A DNA stretch of 64,000 bases, taken from contig DAISXI010000001.1 of assembly GCA_036825935.1 (NCBI GenBank), forward strand, positions 4,018 to 68,017, read 5' to 3'. Made by a program: the position numbers and the translations under genes. How positions within the stretch are numbered: the first letter of the stretch is position 1; each line of letters begins with the position of its first letter. This DNA comes from Hydrogenophaga sp. (GTDB taxonomy: Bacteria; Pseudomonadota; Gammaproteobacteria; Burkholderiales; Burkholderiaceae_C). Below are positions 27,049-36,153 of this stretch, in pieces. The notes beneath the pieces are model-generated. The model saw only the letters and a program-made list of their open reading frames with translations. It did no database searches and had not been told where the DNA came from.

Positions 27049-27856
27049 AAAAAGCACCCCCCAAGTCATCGGCATTGCCAGCGGCAAAGGCGGCGTGGGT
27101 AAAACCACCATCACCGTCAACTTGGCCGTGGCCTTGGCCAAACAAGGCCACCGCGTGTTGCTGCTGGATGCCGATTTGGGCTTGGCCAACGCACAGCTCG
27201 CCTTGGGTTGCCAAGCGCCGTTCAACTTGGGCCACGTTTTGCGCGGTGAAAAAACCCTGCAGGACATCATCGTGCGCACCGACTCTGGCGTGGGCTTGGT
27301 GCCGGGTGCCTCGGGTGTCCGTGAGCTCGCTGCGCTGGACGACCGTCAAGTCGCGGCCATCATCCATGCCTTCGACGACTTGACCGAACCCGTGGACTTT
27401 TTGTTGGTCGACGTGGCCGCGGGTTTGTCACCGTCTGTGTTGCAAATCATGGCCGCTTGCCAGCGGCGTTTTGTGGTCCTGTGCGATCAACCGGCCTCGA
27501 TTGCCGATGCCTACGGCCTGATCAAGGTCATGTCGACCGAAGAATTGCTCGACGAGATCTACGTCTTGCCCAACATCGTCCAAAGCCAAGCTCACGGACA
27601 GCAACTGTTCCATCGCCTCAACGAGGTCAGCCAACGGTTTTTACAAGTCACCCTTCGCTACATCGGCACCATCGAATCCGACGAATTGATTGTCGACGCA
27701 CAAAAGAAATACCAATCGGTGTTGGAGTGGGCGCCCGGCAGCAGTGGCTCGCGCGATTTCCGTCGTCTGGCACAAGCCGTGGTTGACTTGCCACCCATTG
27801 AGCAGGCTCATGGGCGTATTCAGTTCTTCATGACCCGCTTGTTGCACTCACAGTGA
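27041..27856 (+). CDS. fleN: MinD-like flagellar number regulator FleN/FlhG
   Basis: SGKGGVGKT, LDADLGLAN, ASIADAYGLIK. Confidence 0.93.
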   Translation: MDKKSTPQVIGIASGKGGVGKTTITVNLAVALAKQGHRVLLLDADLGLANAQLALGCQAPFNLGHVLRGEKTLQDIIVRTDSGVGLVPGASGVRELAALDDRQVAAIIHAFDDLTEPVDFLLVDVAAGLSPSVLQIMAACQRRFVVLCDQPASIADAYGLIKVMSTEELLDEIYVLPNIVQSQAHGQQLFHRLNEVSQRFLQVTLRYIGTIESDELIVDAQKKYQSVLEWAPGSSGSRDFRRLAQAVVDLPPIEQAHGRIQFFMTRLLHSQ

Positions 27857-27866
27857 GCCACACGTC

Positions 27867-28577
27867 ATGAACAAATCCGTCGCCATGTATGCGCAAGTTG
27901 AGGACACCAACGAAAGTTTGGTGATCGCCCACATGCCCATGGTCAAGCGTGTGGCCATTCACCTCAAGGCCCGCATCCCGCCTTTCATGGAAGTGGACGA
28001 ATTGGTTCAAGTGGGCATGGTTGGTTTGATCGAAGCTTCGCGCTCGTTCAACCCCACACTGGGCATTCCGTTTGAAGGCTTCGCACTCACCCGTATTCGC
28101 GGGGCCATGCTCGACGAGGTCCGCCGGCTGTCGTTTTTGCCACGCTCTGCGGTGGCATTCAACGCCAGCGAAAACGCCTCGGTGCACACCCTGATGGCCG
28201 AATTGGGCCGCCAGCCCACGCAAGCCGAATTGGCGGCGCACATGGGCAAAGACCTGCCCAGCTACCACAAGGAGCGCGACGCCGCGCAGCGTTTCGAGAC
28301 CTATTCGCTGGAAGTTGTCACCGATGAGGTCATGGGCATGGCCGACGACAGTGACAACCAGCCCGAAGTCATGCTCGAAAAGGCCCAAATGATGCACGCC
28401 TTGGAGAGCGCCATCGAGGGCTTACCTGAGCGAGAGCGGATGGTATTGCAGCTGTATTATGTCGAAGGTTTGATACTCAAAGAAATTGTTGAGGTCCTTG
28501 GTGTTACCGAGTCAAGGGTGAGTCAAATTCTGTCGGGCACCGTCAAAAAGTTGCGCCACCAACTGCAAATAACTTGA
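27867..28577 (+). CDS. fliA: sigma28 FliA
   Basis: ELVQVGMVGLIEA, RIRGAMLDEVR, LGVTESRVSQI. Confidence 0.95.
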   Translation: MNKSVAMYAQVEDTNESLVIAHMPMVKRVAIHLKARIPPFMEVDELVQVGMVGLIEASRSFNPTLGIPFEGFALTRIRGAMLDEVRRLSFLPRSAVAFNASENASVHTLMAELGRQPTQAELAAHMGKDLPSYHKERDAAQRFETYSLEVVTDEVMGMADDSDNQPEVMLEKAQMMHALESAIEGLPERERMVLQLYYVEGLILKEIVEVLGVTESRVSQILSGTVKKLRHQLQIT

Positions 28578-28620
28578 GACAATAGGCTGACTTTTACACA
28601 CAAACGAACGGTTTTTCCCC

Positions 28621-29151
28621 ATGTTTTCATTCTTAAAAGACGCTGACGTCAACGAAAAAGAACAAGCCCAAGCCTTGTTCGAAAAAATCACGGCCTCCAA
28701 GGCCGACACACGGGAAGCCCGCAGTGCACGGATTCGGATGGGTTTGATGTGCCGTGCGCACCTAGACAAAACCTTCATCGATGGCGCTCAAAGGACAGCG
28801 CTCTACCTTGAAATGATGGCTCAAGCCACTGTCAACAACACCGAAAAACCTGAAAAACCCGAGTTCAGCCTGTTTCAACAAATCAAGTCGGGCGACAAAG
28901 AAATTTGGGTTTATTTGCCCGAAGAATATGCTTTGGAGACCTTCAACGTGGGTGCCTCCTACCAAAAAACGGAAGTTGATGCCAAAGCCGCGATCAACCG
29001 GGTGCAGCAAATTGCCGACCAAATCTGCTTGTACGAACTCAAACTGGATACCCCCTTTGAAGTTTTGCAATTCTTGCGCGATGAAATTTCTGGCACTTCT
29101 GCCGACTCATCCAGCAATGCTGGTGACCCCCCGGCCGCCACCGCCGGCTGA
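28621..29151 (+). CDS. Hypothetical protein
   Basis: 176-aa ORF filling the gap after fliA, same strand. Confidence 0.75.
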   Translation: MFSFLKDADVNEKEQAQALFEKITASKADTREARSARIRMGLMCRAHLDKTFIDGAQRTALYLEMMAQATVNNTEKPEKPEFSLFQQIKSGDKEIWVYLPEEYALETFNVGASYQKTEVDAKAAINRVQQIADQICLYELKLDTPFEVLQFLRDEISGTSADSSSNAGDPPAATAG

Positions 29152-29159
29152 CACGTTCC

Positions 29160-29813
29160 ATGGATTTGCTCTTTCTCGCCTTCATCGCCATTGGGCTGCT
29201 GCTGCTGCTCGTGTTGGTGATTTATTTGGTGGACCGGGTGAATTCTTTGGAAAAAGACACCAAAACGGCGATTGAAAACCTCAGCGCAACGACCCATCAG
29301 CCGACCACGGTGGCGGTCGGCCCTTTTGCAGGACTGAGCGCGAAAAAACTCTGGGACGCCATGACCGGTCGCCCGCCCGAGGACGTTCCTGCCGACAGTT
29401 TGGGCGATGTGCGCACCCGTTACGAAACCGTGCTCATCAAGCACATCGAATCGATTTTTGAAGAGGGCAAGCGCGATGGCAGCATGGGCGTCTCCTCGCC
29501 CCCCAAAAACACCCGTCAAATCACCACGCTGCGCGGCAACGTGGAATCTTGGCTGCCCATGCCACAAGTCAACGCCATTTACCAATGCGGTGTGGACATC
29601 AGCCAAAAGCCGCCAGAGCAACAAGCGGAAGTGCGCATGGCCTTGGATGACGCCTGCAACCAATTGTTTGGTAAAACGCAGATCCAACCCAAGACGCCCA
29701 TGTCCCAGAGCCTCATGGGACTCGATCCTGCTGCCCCTGCAGCACTGGGCAGCGGCAGGGTCGCGCCAGACGGCTTGCCCGCCCCAGACACAAAAATCAA
29801 CACACCGGGCTAA
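29160..29813 (+). CDS. Hypothetical N-terminally anchored membrane protein
   Basis: N-terminal TM; 8 nt after the previous ORF. Confidence 0.75.
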   Translation: MDLLFLAFIAIGLLLLLVLVIYLVDRVNSLEKDTKTAIENLSATTHQPTTVAVGPFAGLSAKKLWDAMTGRPPEDVPADSLGDVRTRYETVLIKHIESIFEEGKRDGSMGVSSPPKNTRQITTLRGNVESWLPMPQVNAIYQCGVDISQKPPEQQAEVRMALDDACNQLFGKTQIQPKTPMSQSLMGLDPAAPAALGSGRVAPDGLPAPDTKINTPG

Positions 29814-29837
29814 AGTTTTGCCCACCAGGGCCGACTC
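29811..29837 (+). promoter_or_regulatory. sigma28 promoter of fliS
   Basis: TAAA-N15-GCCGACTC; same -10 as the flgP promoter. Confidence 0.82.
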
Positions 29838-29870
29838 ATGATGTAACAACGCATTCATCAGGAGTCATTC

Positions 29871-30293
29871 ATGCGATCACAACAACGCGCCCTCAACAGC
29901 TACGGTTCCGTTCAAGTCGTCACTGGCGTAGCCAGTGCCAACAACGTTCAGTTGATTCAAATGCTGTTTGACGGCTTGATCGAGAGCTTGGCCAAGGCCA
30001 AAGGCCACATGATCCACGGCACCATCAAAGAAAAATCCGACGCGTTGGGCCGTGCTGGCCGCATCGTGGTGGGCCTGCAAGGCGCATTGGACTTCAAACA
30101 AGGCGGCGACTTGGCCCAAAACCTCAACGAGTTGTACGCCTACGTGACCCGCCGTTTGTTCCACATCAACGCCCACAACGATCTGGAAGCCTTGGACGAA
30201 GTCTTCACCCTCATGAACGACATTCGCCAAGCTTGGAACACCCTGCCCACCCTGATGGCTGACACGGCCCCCAGCGTGCGCTACGCCAACTGA
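29871..30293 (+). CDS. fliS: Flagellin chaperone FliS
   Basis: LIQMLFDG, LDFKQGGDLAQNLNELYAY, IRQAW; AGGAG RBS. Confidence 0.96.
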   Translation: MRSQQRALNSYGSVQVVTGVASANNVQLIQMLFDGLIESLAKAKGHMIHGTIKEKSDALGRAGRIVVGLQGALDFKQGGDLAQNLNELYAYVTRRLFHINAHNDLEALDEVFTLMNDIRQAWNTLPTLMADTAPSVRYAN

Positions 30294-30387
30294 TGCTTCA
30301 GACTGAGAAGTGAAACGGTTGCCAGTTCAAAGAAATTGGCGCCGCCGGGGATGGCCTAGAATCTAAAAGCGCTATCCCTTCTCAGTC

Positions 30388-30738
30388 ATGACCACTGCCC
30401 CGTTTCAATACCTCAACACCCAACGAGCCGCCGAATTCATTGGCGATAGCGCTGGCGTCAACCGCTTGCTGGCCACGCTCAAAGCCACGCTTGACGCCGA
30501 TCTTCCCTCCCTGCGACAACGATTGGCCGATGGGAACACCCAAGGCGTGAACGACCTCTTGCACCAATTCAAAGGCTTTGCGCCGGTGTTTTGCGTGGAC
30601 AGTTTGGTTGAGCTGGTGGTTCAAGTGGAGGCCCTGAGCAAACAAGCTTCTCCCGAATCCCTCCAAAAAGCCATGGGACCTTTGCTGGATCAACTCACGG
30701 TGTTACATGCCGAGGTTGAGCGTCAACTCGCGGCATAA
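30388..30738 (+). CDS. Stand-alone Hpt phosphotransfer protein
   Basis: 116 aa helical with LHQFKG (HxxKG). Confidence 0.8.
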   Translation: MTTAPFQYLNTQRAAEFIGDSAGVNRLLATLKATLDADLPSLRQRLADGNTQGVNDLLHQFKGFAPVFCVDSLVELVVQVEALSKQASPESLQKAMGPLLDQLTVLHAEVERQLAA

Positions 30739-32477
30739 GCCTTCTGCGACAGCAGTTCCTCGACCTTCGCGCACAGCTGTGAGGGCTCAAACGGTTTGAG
30801 CATCACGCTGCTCAAGCCAGCCTCGACGAAACGGTCCAAATCCACTGGGTTCACGTTGGCCGTCAAACCCAAAATCGGGGTTTGCGCCGCGGGATTGGGC
30901 AATTCACGCCGAATGAATTTGGATGTGTCGATGCCGTCCATCTCGGGCATGACCATGTCCATGAAGACCACGTCATAGACGCTTGCTTTCAATTTTTCCA
31001 AGGCCATTTTCCCGTCTTCGGCTTCTTCAATGACGCTGCGTGGCCAGGCGTTCTGCAGCACCTGTTTGACCAGCAAACGGTTGATGGGGTGGTCGTCCAC
31101 CACCAAAAAGCGCCACGAGGCTTGTGGCGTTTGCAAGGGCGAGGTCTCGGTCTGCACCGTCAAGGGCGGCTCCATTGCTTGCAGTGGCAGCTCAAACCAA
31201 AATCTGGAACCCTGACCCAACTGGCTTTCAAAACCAATCGAGCCACCCAGCAACTCGACCAAACGCTGGGTGATGGTCAAACCCAAACCATTGCCACCGT
31301 ATCGCTTTTGAATGTCGCTGTCGGCTTGGATGAAGCGCTTGAACACCTGCACGTGGTGCTGCTGTGCAATGCCAATCCCGGTGTCTTCCACGCTGAACAA
31401 CACGCCCGTTGGTACACGTTGCACTTTCAACAACACATGCCCTTCGTGCGTGAACTTGATGGCATTACCGATCAAATTGACCAAAATTTGCATCAAACGG
31501 TGACGATCGGTGCTCACCCACTCGGGCACATCTTTTTGGATCTCAAAGCGAAAAATCAGGTGTGTGCTCTTGACTCGGGGCAAGAAAAGATCGACCGCGT
31601 GCTGCACCGTTTGGCGCAAGGCAAAGGTTTCGGCCCTGGCCGTCAGACGCCCGGCGTCGAACTGGGAGTAATCCAAGACATCGTTGATCACGGTCATCAA
31701 ATGGTCGGCCGACTGACGCGTGTGTTCCAAAATTTGGCGCGCTCTGGGTTTCTCGCCCACCTGGTTGAGCAACAAGGTGTTGAAGCCCAAGATGGCGTTC
31801 ATGGGTGTGCGCAACTCGTGGCTGACGGTGGAGATGAATTGCTCTCTGGCTTTGACCGTGTTGACCAATTCTTGACGTTTTTTCTCCAACTCCCATTGGC
31901 GGTGCTCGACCTCTGCCAATGCCTTTCGGTGCTGGTGGTCATAAATCAGGGGCACGATGATCAGCACGCAGGTCACCAAGGCGTAGGTCGTCAATGACGA
32001 TGTCGCATGTACCAGACCCAAGTCGAAAGTCTTGAGCCAGTCGCCCTGCCCCGTGAGCACGGTCACGGTCAACTGAATCAAGATCACCAAGCCAAACCAA
32101 ATGTAGCCACTTCGCCGTCCAACGACAAAGAACGGTGTGATGGGCAAAATCAACAGCCAGGCCAAACGCGGGGAAAAAATACCGCCCGACACCCAAGCCG
32201 CGAAAACGATCTGAACCGCTCCGAGTGCGGTGGCCAAGTGCACCGTCTTTGCCAAGGACATGCCCCGATACAGGAAGAAAATTTGAAGGGCCAAGGTGGC
32301 TGCAGAGACCAAGGGGACCAGCGTGCCGTAGGCGTAAGGGCTGATCCAAGCAAAAACGAGCATGACGCCGATGATGAGCACCCCAAACAAAACGGCGTAA
32401 GGTGTCTTTCCGGCTTGGAACCGCTCGGGTAAGCGTGGGATGACGTGCTGAGAAAACCAGCGAGCGAGGTCGATCAT
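30723..32477 (-). CDS. Membrane hybrid histidine kinase (HisKA-HATPase-REC)
   Basis: Multi-TM N-terminus; SHELRTPMN, GNAIKFT, DTGIGI, REC VVDD...FMDMVMP. Confidence 0.95.
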   Translation of the reverse strand: MIDLARWFSQHVIPRLPERFQAGKTPYAVLFGVLIIGVMLVFAWISPYAYGTLVPLVSAATLALQIFFLYRGMSLAKTVHLATALGAVQIVFAAWVSGGIFSPRLAWLLILPITPFFVVGRRSGYIWFGLVILIQLTVTVLTGQGDWLKTFDLGLVHATSSLTTYALVTCVLIIVPLIYDHQHRKALAEVEHRQWELEKKRQELVNTVKAREQFISTVSHELRTPMNAILGFNTLLLNQVGEKPRARQILEHTRQSADHLMTVINDVLDYSQFDAGRLTARAETFALRQTVQHAVDLFLPRVKSTHLIFRFEIQKDVPEWVSTDRHRLMQILVNLIGNAIKFTHEGHVLLKVQRVPTGVLFSVEDTGIGIAQQHHVQVFKRFIQADSDIQKRYGGNGLGLTITQRLVELLGGSIGFESQLGQGSRFWFELPLQAMEPPLTVQTETSPLQTPQASWRFLVVDDHPINRLLVKQVLQNAWPRSVIEEAEDGKMALEKLKASVYDVVFMDMVMPEMDGIDTSKFIRRELPNPAAQTPILGLTANVNPVDLDRFVEAGLSSVMLKPFEPSQLCAKVEELLSQKAYAAS

Positions 32478-34201
32478 TTTTCGCTCCCGGTTGAGGCTTG
32501 GCTGAGCCATTGGGTGAGTGTCTTTTGCACCATGTGGCTGTCCATGGGCTTGTGTAAAACACCGCTCATTCCAGACTCCAAACAGCGCTGGCGATCCATC
32601 GGGTTGGTGTTGGCGGTCAACGCCAAAATCGGCATCAGCGCGTGTTCAGCCGATGCTCGCAAGCGACGCGTCAACTCCATGCCGTTCATGTCGGGCATGA
32701 CCATGTCGATGAGCGCGATATGAAAGGACTTGATCCGCAGCGCTTCCAGCGCTGCTTGACCGCTTTCAACAGCGGTGATGCGTGCACCAGCGAAGTGTTT
32801 TTTGATCTGTAACTGGGCCACCATCAGGTTCACCACGTTGTCGTCCACCAGCAGCACATCAAACTCGGCAGGCATCCAACCTTGTTCAAGCGCACGCTGG
32901 GTCATCGCGCCACTGTTCACCACCTGGCATGGCAGCTCAAACCAAAAGCGAGAGCCCACGCCTTCTTCAGAACTCACACCCAATCGCCCCTGTTGCAAGA
33001 CCACCAAGCGCTCACATATCGCCAAACCCAAACCTGTCCCGCCGTAAGCGCGGTTGGTCTGCTCATCGGCATGCTCAAAACGGTTGAAAATTTGCAATTG
33101 ACGGCTCAAGGGTATGCCGCGTCCCGTGTCTTGCACCTCGAACCAGAGCCGATCGCCCTGCACCAAGCAAGTCACATCAATGCGTCCTGTTGCTGTGAAC
33201 TTGATGGCGTTGTCCAACAATTGATCGACAATTTGAGCCATTCTTACAGCGTCAATCTCAACCCGCACATCCGGGACGTTCCACCCCAAACTCAAGCCCT
33301 TGGCTTGCGCACGCCGCACATAAGGCTCTGCAAAGCTGTTCATCCAAGTCAGAAGATCGCAGGGTTCGGTGTGAAACACCACGCGCCCAGATTTGAGCTG
33401 CGAGAAATCCAAAATATCGTTGATGAGGGACAGCAAACTCTCGGTCGAGCCGCGGATCAAGTCCACCGTTTCGATGGCTTGGGGCTGATGTTTGAACTCA
33501 TCGCGGAGCACCCCATTGAGTCCCAGAATCGCATTCATCGGCGTGCGCAATTCGTGGCCGACGGAAGCCACGAACTCGTCCTTGTGGGCCTGCGCTTGCA
33601 ACAATTCAGCGTGGATGTCGAGCAGAGCTTGATTTCGTCGCTCTACCTCCAGCAAGCGACGGCGGTGCAACAAGTCAAACAACCACAAAGCCATCATCAG
33701 GCAGGCCATGGCCCCCAAATGGTTGAAAAATGCCCAAGGTAGGGTTTCATCGTCGTGGGTGATGGTGCTGCCCAACCAGCCCTGCTGAGCGCCCACCCAC
33801 AGCAAGGCCTGAGCTCCCAAGGACACGCCCAACCACAGGCAGGTAGCTGCCGGACCCAACAGCAAGAGTGCAGCGATCGACATCACCACCAACCACACCA
33901 AGACGCTGGAGTTGATGCCACCGGTTTGAAACGCGATGGTGGACATGCCCAAGACGATGGCCGTCAAGAACACATGGCAAATCAGGTGGTACAAGCGAGC
34001 AAACACCGCCAAGGGCATCAGCAAAAAAAGAAAGGCGCTGAGCCACACATTCACTCGGTGGTCGTATGCGGTCTGCGGGACAAAATAAACCATCAGCGAG
34101 CTCAAGGCCGTGATGGCGATGCAAACCATCAGCAACTGGCGGCGATTGAACAAACCGCCCGCCAGCAAGTCCCGCCATTCCATCCACCACCGCTGTGCCA
34201 T
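32474..34201 (-). CDS. Membrane hybrid histidine kinase, paralog of neighbour
   Basis: GHELRTPMN, DNAIKFT, GGTGLGL, REC LVDD...LIDMVMP; ATGA overlap. Confidence 0.95.
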   Translation of the reverse strand: MAQRWWMEWRDLLAGGLFNRRQLLMVCIAITALSSLMVYFVPQTAYDHRVNVWLSAFLFLLMPLAVFARLYHLICHVFLTAIVLGMSTIAFQTGGINSSVLVWLVVMSIAALLLLGPAATCLWLGVSLGAQALLWVGAQQGWLGSTITHDDETLPWAFFNHLGAMACLMMALWLFDLLHRRRLLEVERRNQALLDIHAELLQAQAHKDEFVASVGHELRTPMNAILGLNGVLRDEFKHQPQAIETVDLIRGSTESLLSLINDILDFSQLKSGRVVFHTEPCDLLTWMNSFAEPYVRRAQAKGLSLGWNVPDVRVEIDAVRMAQIVDQLLDNAIKFTATGRIDVTCLVQGDRLWFEVQDTGRGIPLSRQLQIFNRFEHADEQTNRAYGGTGLGLAICERLVVLQQGRLGVSSEEGVGSRFWFELPCQVVNSGAMTQRALEQGWMPAEFDVLLVDDNVVNLMVAQLQIKKHFAGARITAVESGQAALEALRIKSFHIALIDMVMPDMNGMELTRRLRASAEHALMPILALTANTNPMDRQRCLESGMSGVLHKPMDSHMVQKTLTQWLSQASTGSEK

Positions 34202-34258
34202 ATGCAAGTCAACCCATTGAATTTGATGGTGAATTGTCTGGTGCGGTGGTCGTCGAAT

Positions 34259-34276
34259 TCTTAACGAACGTTAAGA
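34259..34276. promoter_or_regulatory. Inverted repeat, candidate operator upstream of the kinases
   Basis: TCTTAACG-AA-CGTTAAGA in an AT-rich intergenic region. Confidence 0.4.
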
Positions 34277-34400
34277 TTGATACCAAAAAATTCATTGAAA
34301 TTTATTTTCAATTTATTTTGTAGTCTTATCAAAGCAATTGTGTGTTGGACTGTTTGAATGAAACCACAACGCAGAGAACAATTGGCAATAATCGCTCTCG

Positions 34401-34842
34401 ATGCAAAACACCATTTTCACCACCCCTTTGGTCAGCCCCCTGTTCAAGTGGCTGTCGATCAGCGTTTTGAAGTTGAGCGGCTGGCAAGTCCAGGGCCAGT
34501 TGCCCACACACGCCCAGAAGAGCGTGCTGATCGCCGCCCCCCACACCAGCAACTGGGACTTGCCCATGACACTGATGGTGGCCTTTGCTTTGGAGCTGCG
34601 GCCCCGTTGGATGGGCAAAGCGAGCATCTTTCGCTGGCCATTCGCGATGCGACTGAGCCGATACAACTGATCGTCCCCCCGGAAGGCACGCGAAGCAAAA
34701 CCCGGCACTGGAAAACCGGCTTTTTTTCATCGCCCACAGCGCGCAGGTGCCGATCGTCATGGCCTACATGGCCAACATCAAAGCGTTTTACCAACCCTTC
34801 AAAGGCAAAAACGCCGATCAGTTCGCCGCCGAAGACGCTTGA
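34401..34842 (+). pseudogene. Lysophospholipid (PlsC-like) acyltransferase pseudogene
   Basis: APHTSNWD in one frame, PPEGTRSK...WKTGF in a second, AQVPIVMAY...IKAFY in a third. Confidence 0.85.
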
Positions 34843-34967
34843 ACCGCGGGCTAAGCCCTCACCCTCGATCGCACAAACGCCGCCACGTCCACCCCAGCGG
34901 CCTGCGTGTGTTGTGCCATACGCAAACTGTCGTTGAGCAAGACTTCTTCCTCGCCCACTTGAATCAT

Positions 34968-35172
34968 GAAAGGGGTCGAGCAGCGTTTGGGTGTTGTGGG
35001 CTCCACCGGCGGCCATCAGCGCTTGGCTGAGCGCCTCGACCCCACGGCGGAATTCAACGCGGTCTTGGGCATTGTCTGGCTGGCTTCGGTGCGTGGGTTG
35101 GTACAAAGACAAGCAAGGCGCTTGCGTCAATGCGCCCAAGCCCTTGAGGGCGTCGGTGCTGATGGCGTGCAT
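34968..35172 (-). pseudogene. Truncated N-terminus of a baeRF3-like (release-factor-family) protein
   Basis: PCLSLYQPTHRSQPDNAQDRVEF recalled as a baeRF3-type N-terminus; similarity ends after about 68 aa. Confidence 0.5.
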
Positions 35173-35275
35173 GGTGTTGGGGTCCTTGTGGGTGGCATCA
35201 AACGGACAGGTCTGCCCGAACAAGGCCCATGGTGCCCCCACAGCAGCGGTTTGTCGGTGCGCTGTCGCACAACCG

Positions 35276-36031
35276 TCAGCGAACACCGTCCCACAAGAGC
35301 TTGCACCCGGTCAGGAACATGCCAATCCGAATCAGTCGGTAAAACAACACGGGGTTGATGGTGCGCGCCATTCGCAACCCGACCCAAACACCCGCTGGGG
35401 CCAAGGGCAAGAGCACCAAGGACGTGCCGAAGTTGCGCATGTCCAGCAAGCCCAGCCAAGCGTAGGGGGCCCACTTGGCCATGTTGATGAAGAAGAACAG
35501 GTAGGCCATCGTGCCGGTGAAGAGCACCGGCGAGAGTTTCAGGCGCATCACGTAGGCGTTGACGGGCGGGCCGCCCGCGTGGGCAATGAAGCTGGTGAAA
35601 CCCGAGACAACCAGCAACACACCGCCCATCCAACGCGGTGGCGGTGGGCCATTGGGGTCGGTCTTGAACAGCAGTTGCTGCGCCAAGAACAACAAGGTAA
35701 AACCGCCCACGATGGCCGCCACCGAACGCGCATCGAGCAGTTTGAAAAGCAAAGCGCCCAGCACCACCCCCAACAAAGCGTAGGGCAACATGAAGCGCAG
35801 CAAGGCCCGGTCCACGTCTTTTCTGAAGGCGGTCATGCCGAGCAAGTCCATGACCAAAAGCACCGGCATCAGGATGGCGGCGGCCTGCGGCACAGTCACC
35901 GCCAAGGCCATCATGGGCACCGCCAAAGAACCAAAGCCCGCACCAAAGCCGCTTTTGCTCACGCCCAACAACAACACCGCGGGCGCGGCGATCATGTAAA
36001 AAAACGGGTCGGTGATGATGGACAAGGCCAT
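35276..36031 (-). CDS. TauE/SafE sulfite exporter family membrane protein
   Basis: GVSKSGFGAGFG and repeat SGFTSFIAHAGGPP. Confidence 0.92.
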   Translation of the reverse strand: MALSIITDPFFYMIAAPAVLLLGVSKSGFGAGFGSLAVPMMALAVTVPQAAAILMPVLLVMDLLGMTAFRKDVDRALLRFMLPYALLGVVLGALLFKLLDARSVAAIVGGFTLLFLAQQLLFKTDPNGPPPPRWMGGVLLVVSGFTSFIAHAGGPPVNAYVMRLKLSPVLFTGTMAYLFFFINMAKWAPYAWLGLLDMRNFGTSLVLLPLAPAGVWVGLRMARTINPVLFYRLIRIGMFLTGCKLLWDGVR

Positions 36032-36153
36032 GTGATGGGCCTCGCAGGCCGTTGGGATGGGCAGCCGCTCAGTTTAAGGCGTTCGCCCCTGTCCACAGGC
36101 ACACCCTAAAATTGACCGCTGATACACCTTCGTTCTACCCGCGCACCTTAGCC

